Source: an uncultured bacterium
GTDB lineage: Bacteria > Patescibacteriota > JACMRA01
Reading direction: 5' to 3'
Length of the DNA: 64,000 bases
Assembly: GCA_963704645.1 (NCBI GenBank)
Contig: OY969926.1
Location: forward strand, 1,202,569 to 1,266,568
Under the pieces are notes generated by a model. It did no database searches. It was not told the DNA's origin and saw only the letters and a list, made by a program, of their open reading frames with translations. The stretch's first letter is position 1. Each line of letters opens with the position of its first letter. The translations under genes and the position numbers were made by a program. This document shows, piece after piece, positions 56,439 to 64,000 of this stretch.

Positions 56439-58970
56439 ATGTTAATTTCTAAAGAAAAAACTCAGAAAATATCGTTTCATAGCAAAACAACCAAATTGTT
56501 TCATAACAAAATATTTTTAGTAATAATGTTGGTAGCTTTGGTAATTGGTACTGTATCCGTAGGTATCTTTTTTCAAAACCAGGGAGATCAAAAAGTGGCA
56601 AAGGCAGGTAGAGCAAATAGCTGCGATCCAGGCTCTACAATTGTTGCTATTGAATATACTCCACCTGTAAGCAGAGCCAACTTATCTAGTATTAATATAG
56701 GTTTTGGTAGCGCTTCCTATACATTACCGGCGAGCACCACTAACCCACTGGTCATTACATACGGCCTTAAATCTGGTGGTCAACTAGATGAATTTGTTGG
56801 AGGCCCTAGCAGGTACGATAGCTTTTATGAGAGACCTCTTGGAGCTCCTGGAAGTGGCATCACTGGAACAGAAAATGTATACACTAGTGGTGGCTTTAAG
56901 ATTGATGTAATAGATCTTACTAATAATTCATCACCCCAGGTAAGGGTGCTAGTCGAAGCTACTTATGCCGAGCAAACGACTACTATTGAAGATGTTGGAT
57001 CTGCAAGGCTTGTTTGTATAGAGTACGATACTGCTGACGACTGCAACCCTGGTGACGATAGACTTGATGGCGATGATGATGGTTCCGTAAACTGTACAGA
57101 CAACTGCAGTACGGTTTCAAACCCAAATCAGCTTGATTCTGATAATGATGGCATTGGAGATGCTTGCGATAATTGTCCTCAAAAAGCCAACCCTAATCAG
57201 CTTGATGCAGATAATGACGGTGTTGGAGATGGGTGTAACGACTGTGATCCAGCTGAAGATAGTGATGGTGATGGTATTAACGATTGTGAAGATAACTGCC
57301 CTGAAAAACCAAATCCAGATCAACTTGACTCTGATAATGATGGTATTGGAGATGCTTGTAGCCCAAACGAAAGAATTTTAGATTGCCGTTTACCACCAAA
57401 TGGTGATTCCAGTTCTACAGACTTTGAGGAATGGACAAAAGTTCCACCAATTATTGTTCCAAATTACGCCGAGGTTGGTAATGATATTTTTGGTTTAACT
57501 ATGGATGCTGATTCTAATCTTTATACACTCAACGGACCTAGTAGAAGTTTGTATCGTACCGGTCCTTTTGGAATCTCTACAAATTCTAGTTTATATGAAT
57601 CACCTATTAGTTTAACAAAACTAACTCCGTCAGCAGGTAATAAAAATGTTCCAGGATCGGTTGGCCTTGTTAATACAGGCTTAACTGGCAGACCTATGGA
57701 CTTAGATACATCTGGAATTAAAGGTGATAGTTTCAATGAGAATATATTCATTTATGCACTAGAAAACAAGAACAATGTCAGCCTAGGAGCAACCAGCGAT
57801 ATTGATGGTGACGTTACTGGTTTTATAGCAACTGTAGATCCAAATAGTTTCAATCCAAATACTAATCTGCCTAATTTTAATATTATATCTGAAGATTTGC
57901 CAGCAGGTGGCTATGGCAAAGACTTTGGGGATATAAGTGTTTCTGGAAAAATTTATATTGATGATGTCAGGAATGCTCCAAATTCATCTATAAAACAACC
58001 TGGAACTGATGGCAACGCAGTCTATTATCCCAAAAATACTTTTTTGGATCTTGCCACAGATAACAACAATCTCTATTCGTTATTTACTAACGGCAGCGAT
58101 ATTTATAAAAATGGCAAGAGACGTGATCTTAAACTTCCTGTAAACGCCGATGGTGGAGATCTTGAAATTGCAGATGCTGACAAAACTTATAATACCAACA
58201 TGACAGGTGAAGACTATTTATACTACACTGCAGGATTGGGAGGTAGTGGCCCAGCTCTAGTTAGAATTGATAGTACAGGTGGAATTATAACAAGTAACAA
58301 AGATTCTGTAGACAGCAACTTTACTTCTGCCAATACTGGCTACATGGACAAAGTAATTTTTGACCTAGAAAATCAAGTAATTTACTACAAAAATGGAAGT
58401 AGAACTGCAAACAACCCAGATCAGACTATTGGTAAGATTTATTGCCCAGATCCTACCAATCCAAACGAACCAAACCCTCCTTTTGTACCACCAACCACAA
58501 CCCCAGGTGGTGATCCAGATCAAACTTCTGTTCCTAGTGGAGGAGGTACTGGTGGAACCAGTACTACTGGAACTACTACTGGAGGAACGACTGGAACTAC
58601 AACTACTGGCACTACCACAACTGGAGGAACGACTGGAACTACAACTGGAGGAACGACTGGTACTCCTAATTTAACTTTAGTTAAAACAAGTAGTGGTACT
58701 GGTAGTATTTTAAACCAAGGTCAGACTATTACTTATACTTTAACTGTGGGGAATAGTGGTAGTGGGGCAGCAAATAACGTAATTGTTACAGATAATTTAC
58801 CTTCTGGAGCTACCTTCTCTGGAGTAGCAACTTGTGCCGCATCCTTCCCTGCTGGAATTACTGTTTCTACTTGTAGTTATGATAGTGTAAATAGAAGGCT
58901 TACTTGGAATATTAGTAGTTTACCTGCTGGTAGTAGTGGTAATATTAGTTTTGCTGTTGTGGTGAATTAG
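56439..58970 (+). CDS. Secreted TSP3-repeat / DUF11 protein, family member 2 (diverged)
   Basis: The ATG at 56439 is preferred over the listed GTG at 56415, by analogy with the aaaacaaaaacaaaa(g)tATG context of member 1. It has 4-5 TSP3 repeats: '[87 protein letters not shown]'. The C-terminal region is homologous to members 1 and 3 but not identical. Confidence 0.8.
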   Translation: MLISKEKTQKISFHSKTTKLFHNKIFLVIMLVALVIGTVSVGIFFQNQGDQKVAKAGRANSCDPGSTIVAIEYTPPVSRANLSSINIGFGSASYTLPASTTNPLVITYGLKSGGQLDEFVGGPSRYDSFYERPLGAPGSGITGTENVYTSGGFKIDVIDLTNNSSPQVRVLVEATYAEQTTTIEDVGSARLVCIEYDTADDCNPGDDRLDGDDDGSVNCTDNCSTVSNPNQLDSDNDGIGDACDNCPQKANPNQLDADNDGVGDGCNDCDPAEDSDGDGINDCEDNCPEKPNPDQLDSDNDGIGDACSPNERILDCRLPPNGDSSSTDFEEWTKVPPIIVPNYAEVGNDIFGLTMDADSNLYTLNGPSRSLYRTGPFGISTNSSLYESPISLTKLTPSAGNKNVPGSVGLVNTGLTGRPMDLDTSGIKGDSFNENIFIYALENKNNVSLGATSDIDGDVTGFIATVDPNSFNPNTNLPNFNIISEDLPAGGYGKDFGDISVSGKIYIDDVRNAPNSSIKQPGTDGNAVYYPKNTFLDLATDNNNLYSLFTNGSDIYKNGKRRDLKLPVNADGGDLEIADADKTYNTNMTGEDYLYYTAGLGGSGPALVRIDSTGGIITSNKDSVDSNFTSANTGYMDKVIFDLENQVIYYKNGSRTANNPDQTIGKIYCPDPTNPNEPNPPFVPPTTTPGGDPDQTSVPSGGGTGGTSTTGTTTGGTTGTTTTGTTTTGGTTGTTTGGTTGTPNLTLVKTSSGTGSILNQGQTITYTLTVGNSGSGAANNVIVTDNLPSGATFSGVATCAASFPAGITVSTCSYDSVNRRLTWNISSLPAGSSGNISFAVVVN

Positions 58971-59030
58971 AATTAAAACAAAGGGTATAAATAGATTAAA
59001 TAAAAAGTGTAGAAAAAATTATACACACTT

Positions 59031-59059
59031 TTGACCAAAACATTTTAACCAGCAATAAT
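59031..59059 (+). promoter_or_regulatory. Conserved family promoter, copy 3
   Basis: TTGACCaaaacattttaaccagcAATAAT. Confidence 0.6.
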
Positions 59060-59120
59060 ATGCAAAAAAGTACCTTCTAAGAAGTGCTTAAAAACAAAAA
59101 CAACCGCAAACAAAAAGAAT

Positions 59121-61532
59121 ATGGAAAACTTAAAAAAGAATAAAGTTCTATTTATTAATAGTATTAAGAAACTTTTTAGAAATAAGGTGTTTTTAGTAAT
59201 ACTACTAGTTGCAGTTGCAATAGCTTCTTTATCTGCATTATATGTAGTTCAAAATAATAATAGTCCTAAAGTTGCAAGAGCAGCCGATGACCCACTTTGT
59301 TTAGAAAAATCATTAAGCCAAGGATATTACGTTAAAGTAACATTTGGCGGTATAATACCTAGAGATAGCTCTATCTCTAGTGCGTATACAGAAAGAGTAT
59401 TTTCATCATTTACCTTTGGCAGTCCCATTTATATAGGTGAGGAGTCGTTTCTATATGGATATCCATTAAGCACACCTGTAAACGTAACAGTTGTAAGTGC
59501 AGGAACAACTGATTTTTTTACTGAGGGAAGAACTCCAAATAATATAACAACCCTTGTTAATAGAATTCAGCTCGGCGTACCAGAAAGCTATTATGAATTA
59601 AAATCTGCACAATACTACTACGAAAAGCTCCCAGACCCTCAATATCCCAACGCTTTTCCTGGAATTTCAATAACCAACCCTGATGCACCTATTAACATTC
59701 CACACACCGTAACAGCTGGGCTTATAAGCTGCGGAGTCACAGACCCAGACTCCGACGGTGATGGAGTGGCAGACGGTACAGACAACTGCCCAAACATATC
59801 TAATACCAATCAGCTTGATGGTGATAATGATGGTGACGGCGATGCATGTGACAACTGTCCAAACACACCAAACCCAGATCAATTAGACACAGATAATGAC
59901 GGCGTTGGAGACGCATGTTATACAAACCGCATCCTAGACTGCCGCCTACCCCCTGCAGGCAATCCTAGTTCAACCAATTATGATGAATGGACAAAAGTAG
60001 CACCAATCATAGTTCCAAACTACGCTAGGCTTAATAGAGATATTTTTGGTCTCACAATGGACAGTGCTTCTAACTTGTATGTTTTAAATGCTCCTTCTAG
60101 AAGTTTGTATGGAGGTGGTGTAAGTGGTGTATCTACTCAAGATGCTTTGTATTCTTCTCCTATGAGTATGACTAAACTTACTCCTTCTACATCTAACAAG
60201 AATGTTCCTGGATCTGTAAGTGTTATTGACATCCCAGGTCTTAATGGAAGACCAATGGATTTGGATATGAAGTCTTTTAAAGGTACTGATGATAATATTT
60301 ATGTTTATGGGTTGTATAAAGTTAATTCTAACCCCTTAGTTGGATCAAGCGATGTAGCTGGAGACGTAGCTGGTTTTATTGCTGTAGTTAATAAAGATAC
60401 AGGAGCTAATACTTTACTAAGTAGTGATATTCCTGCAGGAGGATTTGAAAAAGCTTTTGCTGACATTGCTGTTAATAACCAAGGCCAAGTATTCTTCGAT
60501 GATGTAAGAAGTGCTACCACTCCAACTAATGTATACAGTTACCAACCAAGATTACAAGCTTCTGGTACTGTAGATGTAACTTTTATGGATTACGCAGATA
60601 ATACTTTCTTCGATGTAGCTGCGGATAATAGTGGTAATGTGTATTCTTTGTTTACTGGTCAAAGTGATGTGTATAAAAATGCAACTCGTTTAAATCTAAC
60701 CCTTCCTGCTAACGGCGACGGAGGAGATATTGAAATTGCTGATGCAGATAATACATACAATACAAGCTTAACTGGAGATAATTACATTTACTATACTGCT
60801 GGAGATGGAAGCGGCAGTGGCCCAGCTTTAGTTAGAGTATCTCAGGGTGGCACACCAGAGCCAATAACTAGTAACAGTGACCCAGTAGATTCAAACTTCA
60901 TAGCTTCTAATGTAGGAAGAATGGATAAAGTAATTTTAGATTTAGATAATCAAGTAATTTATTACAAAAATGGAAGTAGAACCGCTAATAACCCAGATCA
61001 GACTATTGGTAAGATTTATTGCCCAGATCCAGCAAATCCAAACGAACCAAGACCTCCATTTGTACCACCAACCACAACTCCAGGTGGTGACCCGGATCAA
61101 ATTATCTTTCTTGGAGGAGGTACTGGTGGAACTGGAAGTACAGGAACTACTACTGGAACAACAACGGGGACTACTACAACTGGAACGACCACGACTGGAA
61201 GTACAACTGGAGGAACAACTGGTACTCCTAACCTAACCCTAGTTAAAACAAGTAGTGGTACTGGTAGTATTTTAAACCAAGGTCAGACTATTACTTATAC
61301 TTTAACTGTTGGGAATAGTGGTGATGCAGCTTCATTACCTTTTATAGTAAATGACAATCTACCCTTAAATGTTACCTTCTCTGGCATAGGAACTTGTACT
61401 GCATCTTTCCCTGCTGGAATTACTGTTTCTACTTGTAGTTATGATAGTGTAAATAGAAGGCTTACTTGGAATATTAGTAGTTTACCTGCTGGTAGTGGTG
61501 GTAATATTAGTTTTGCTGTGGTAGTGAATTAG
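59121..61532 (+). CDS. Secreted TSP3-repeat / DUF11 protein, family member 3 (803 aa)
   Basis: The N-terminal ~265 aa are unique. The TSP3 repeats read '[59 protein letters not shown]'. From '[10 protein letters not shown]' to the stop it is identical to member 1. Confidence 0.8.
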   Translation: MENLKKNKVLFINSIKKLFRNKVFLVILLVAVAIASLSALYVVQNNNSPKVARAADDPLCLEKSLSQGYYVKVTFGGIIPRDSSISSAYTERVFSSFTFGSPIYIGEESFLYGYPLSTPVNVTVVSAGTTDFFTEGRTPNNITTLVNRIQLGVPESYYELKSAQYYYEKLPDPQYPNAFPGISITNPDAPINIPHTVTAGLISCGVTDPDSDGDGVADGTDNCPNISNTNQLDGDNDGDGDACDNCPNTPNPDQLDTDNDGVGDACYTNRILDCRLPPAGNPSSTNYDEWTKVAPIIVPNYARLNRDIFGLTMDSASNLYVLNAPSRSLYGGGVSGVSTQDALYSSPMSMTKLTPSTSNKNVPGSVSVIDIPGLNGRPMDLDMKSFKGTDDNIYVYGLYKVNSNPLVGSSDVAGDVAGFIAVVNKDTGANTLLSSDIPAGGFEKAFADIAVNNQGQVFFDDVRSATTPTNVYSYQPRLQASGTVDVTFMDYADNTFFDVAADNSGNVYSLFTGQSDVYKNATRLNLTLPANGDGGDIEIADADNTYNTSLTGDNYIYYTAGDGSGSGPALVRVSQGGTPEPITSNSDPVDSNFIASNVGRMDKVILDLDNQVIYYKNGSRTANNPDQTIGKIYCPDPANPNEPRPPFVPPTTTPGGDPDQIIFLGGGTGGTGSTGTTTGTTTGTTTTGTTTTGSTTGGTTGTPNLTLVKTSSGTGSILNQGQTITYTLTVGNSGDAASLPFIVNDNLPLNVTFSGIGTCTASFPAGITVSTCSYDSVNRRLTWNISSLPAGSGGNISFAVVVN

Positions 61533-61610
61533 AATTAAAAAAACAAAATTATGGAAGAAGGTGTAAGATTTATTTACACTTTTGACCAAAACATTTTAAC
61601 AGGTAATAAT
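59923..61610 (+). repeat. 1,688-bp direct repeat, copy 2
   Basis: See the partner at 54705-56392. Confidence 0.85.
61582..61610 (+). promoter_or_regulatory. Conserved family promoter, copy 4
   Basis: TTGACCaaaacattttaacaggtAATAAT. Confidence 0.6.
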
Positions 61611-61681
61611 ATGCAAAAAAGTACCTTCTAAAAAAGTGCTTAAAACAAAAAATAAAAAAAATAAAAAATTTAACAAAAAGT

Positions 61682-64000
61682 ATGCAGAATTTAAAGGAAG
61701 GCTATTACAGGTTATTAAAAAGTTTAAATAACAAAGCCAACAGGAAGCTACTAGCTATTATTGGACTAGCCTTTATATGTATTGTTGCTTCCATAATTTT
61801 CTTTGGGCAAAACGGGGCTGATAATTTAAAGATTGCTAAAGCTGGTAGCTGTGATATTGTTAATCAGGCTGAAATTGTGGTTGGAGGTGTTATTACCACT
61901 ACATCAACTGTAATTGATCAACTAAACTGTACACCTACTCCTGTATCTTGCCCATTGGTAAATAATGCCAGTGTGACTGCTGATGGCGCAACTCAAGCAA
62001 ATGCAAATGTAACCAATCAAGTTAATTGCACCCCAGATATTGATATTAACAAAGTCACCCAATCACCCAAATCTTTTAAAGCAGATACTGAATATTATTA
62101 TAATATTACATTTAAAAATACAGGTGTAGTTACATTAAAGGATATTAATATAGTTGATACTTTAAACTCTAACTTAAGTTTCTCGGGCAATACTTGTAAT
62201 GATGTGCTTAGAAATATTGCCGGAGGTACGTCTTTACCATTTGCATATACTAATTGTGTTTTAAATTCCACAGCAGGTACTTTAAGTTTTGATTATACTG
62301 GTAATTTAAATGTTTCACAAGAATTTTCATTTAGGGTTCTAGCAAAGATAAAAACTGGCTCTGCAATTAATATAGATTTTAATAATGTTGTTGTAATAAC
62401 GGGTAAATCAGTTGTTGATGATACTGTTGTTAATGCTCAATCTCAAGATGTAGTACGTGCTATCGATTATGCTCTTGGAATAAACAAGACTCCATCAGCT
62501 TACACCTTTGAAATTAATCAAGCTAACCCTGCTGCTACCAATTACACTTACTTCTTAGACTATGAGAATAGTCAGACTACTGCTTTAACTGGTGTTGTAA
62601 TTAGTGATACATTAGATTCTAAGATTAAGTTCATAGCCAATAGTTGTGCTGGAGGAAACTTAACTTCTACTGGTACTGTAGTTGCTGCCGTTAGTTGTAC
62701 TTTAACTACAGACGGACAAGGAAGAGAAACCTTAACTTGGAATGTAGGTAACATGCCTGCTAACTCTAAGGGTAGAGTAAGTTTTAGAGTTAACTTTACT
62801 GACAGTTATCCTTTTGCAGTTAATGAAGTTGTTCCCAATACAGCTATCATTGATTCTGTAGAAACTCCTGCCGATCAAGATTCTGCTTACGTAAACGTTA
62901 GATACACTAACCCTGATGTAAATATTACTAAGAATACAGTAAACGATCAGATCTACTTTAATAATGGAGATACAGTAGTTTATCCAATTACTTTTGCTAA
63001 TACTAGAACTCAACCTCTAACAGGAGTATATATTACCGATGTCTTAGATCCTAGATTAAACTTTAGTTCTTGTACTGGTTCTTGTACTTACACTGCTGCT
63101 ACTAGAACTGTAAGATGGGATGTTGGTAACTTAGCTGTAGGAGAAAGTAGGACTTACAACTTATCTGTAGTAGTAAACGGTACTGGAGTTATTAACAACA
63201 AGGCTACTATCTTTACTAATGAAACTGATCCAGACTTTGATGATGTAAATATTATCATTACTCCTCTAGAGTTTGAAATTAAGATTGTTAAGTATTCTAG
63301 TGAAAGCACAGTAAGAAGAGGTGAGACTTACACATATACCTTAGATTACTTTAATCCTTCTGACATTACTCCTTTAAGTTCTGTTGTAATTACCGATGTA
63401 CTAGATTCTAAGATTACCTTTGCTGGTGCTTCTACTTGTAGCGGTGGTACTAAGAATTCTACTGGTACTATCATTGCTGTTATTCCTTGTACTCTATCTA
63501 CTAACGCTGGTGTACAAACCTTAACTTGGAATGTAGGAGGACTAACCCCAGGTCAAACTGGTCAAGTACAATTTGATGTTACTGTTAAAGCTGACGCTGC
63601 TCTTCAAACTATTCCTAACACTGCTGTAATTGATTCTGCTGAAACTGATCCAGATCAAAGTACTGTCTTTGTAGATGTTGTAGATTATGCTCTTGGAATA
63701 AACAAGACTCCATCAGCTTACACCTTTGAAATTAATCAAGCTAACCCTGCTGCTACCAATTACACTTACTTCTTAGACTATGAGAATAGTCAGACTACTG
63801 CTTTAACTGGTGTTGTAATTAGTGATACATTAGATTCTAAGATTAAGTTCATAGCTAATAGTTGTGCTGGAGGAAACTTAACTTCTACTGGTACTGTAGT
63901 TGCTGCCGTTAGTTGTACTTTAACTACAGACGGACAAGGAAGAGAAACCTTAACTTGGAATGTAGGTAACATGCCTGCTAACTCTAAGGGTAGAGTAAGT
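61682..64000 (+). CDS. Secreted DUF11-repeat protein, 3' end beyond the window (not in the ORF track because no stop is reached)
   Basis: Manual translation from the ATG at 61682 stays open for 773 codons to the window end. It has an N-terminal signal-anchor with 'KIAKAGSC'. It contains at least 5 DUF11-like repeats: '...Y.Y.L...N.G...L..VVI(T/S)D.LD..(I/L).F......C....T......L.W.VG.(L/M).......V.F.V.V'. Confidence 0.75.
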   Translation, partial: MQNLKEGYYRLLKSLNNKANRKLLAIIGLAFICIVASIIFFGQNGADNLKIAKAGSCDIVNQAEIVVGGVITTTSTVIDQLNCTPTPVSCPLVNNASVTADGATQANANVTNQVNCTPDIDINKVTQSPKSFKADTEYYYNITFKNTGVVTLKDINIVDTLNSNLSFSGNTCNDVLRNIAGGTSLPFAYTNCVLNSTAGTLSFDYTGNLNVSQEFSFRVLAKIKTGSAINIDFNNVVVITGKSVVDDTVVNAQSQDVVRAIDYALGINKTPSAYTFEINQANPAATNYTYFLDYENSQTTALTGVVISDTLDSKIKFIANSCAGGNLTSTGTVVAAVSCTLTTDGQGRETLTWNVGNMPANSKGRVSFRVNFTDSYPFAVNEVVPNTAIIDSVETPADQDSAYVNVRYTNPDVNITKNTVNDQIYFNNGDTVVYPITFANTRTQPLTGVYITDVLDPRLNFSSCTGSCTYTAATRTVRWDVGNLAVGESRTYNLSVVVNGTGVINNKATIFTNETDPDFDDVNIIITPLEFEIKIVKYSSESTVRRGETYTYTLDYFNPSDITPLSSVVITDVLDSKITFAGASTCSGGTKNSTGTIIAVIPCTLSTNAGVQTLTWNVGGLTPGQTGQVQFDVTVKADAALQTIPNTAVIDSAETDPDQSTVFVDVVDYALGINKTPSAYTFEINQANPAATNYTYFLDYENSQTTALTGVVISDTLDSKIKFIANSCAGGNLTSTGTVVAAVSCTLTTDGQGRETLTWNVGNMPANSKGRVS
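62465..62782 (+). repeat. Intragenic near-identical repeat, copy 1 (partner 63683-64000, offset 1,218)
   Basis: Nested ORFs 62572-62754 and 63790-63972 translate identically. At least one mismatch was seen (gcc at ~62638 versus gct at ~63856). The repeat is cut by the window end. Confidence 0.75.
63683..64000 (+). repeat. Intragenic near-identical repeat, copy 2
   Basis: See the partner at 62465-62782. Confidence 0.75.

Noticed and set aside
1-64000. Alternative genetic code (UGA reassignment, as in some candidate phyla).
   Set aside because: TGA terminates the ORF at 21701-21703 immediately before a terminator hairpin. tRNA-Trp has the standard CCA anticodon. All family-recognisable genes are full length under the standard code.

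Overview
This is a 64-kb, AT-rich bacterial window (about one-third GC by eye). It uses the standard genetic code: TGA acts as a stop at 21701-21703 just before a terminator hairpin, and tRNA-Trp carries anticodon CCA. The gene content resembles a small-genome, CPR/Patescibacteria-like organism, but that is inference only.

A few housekeeping genes are present: ruvX, a fused bS6-bS18 ribosomal protein gene, topA, a MurG-like GT28, ccdA plus a membrane thioredoxin, a CsoR/CstR-family regulator and tRNA-Trp. They sit among very large secreted or surface proteins.

The dominant feature is a 17.7-kb gene (3467-21157, minus strand) encoding a 5,896-aa mosaic surface protein. It contains:
- 10 copies of an unassigned four-Cys module
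- a NIDO-like domain
- five complete seven-repeat RCC1 propellers, each bracketed by IPT/TIG domains
- a CUB domain
- an SBBP-type propeller
- 12 cadherin-like repeats
- a sortase-like C-terminal signal

Other notable content:
- An NTase-NTase-EEP operon diverging from an HTH-fused EgtD-like methyltransferase (24.5-28.8 kb).
- An adjacent cohesin-like and dockerin-like gene pair.
- A complete 1,058-bp IS with 24-bp terminal inverted repeats, an 8-bp target duplication and an A7 -1 frameshift site.
- An operon headed by a PA14/DUF4114/lipase protein, followed by small paralogous membrane-anchored proteins.
- A 1,214-aa protein with a DUF4365-like (PD-(D/E)xK-like) N-terminus, flanked by two HAD-like hydrolases.
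- A tandem family of thrombospondin-type-3/DUF11 secreted proteins. Two members share an apparently identical 1.69-kb 3' block, and all share a promoter and leader module.

No CRISPR array, rRNA, integrase or reverse transcriptase was seen. Domain calls rest on motif recognition by eye. Sub-gene coordinates are approximate (+/- ~30 nt) unless stated otherwise.
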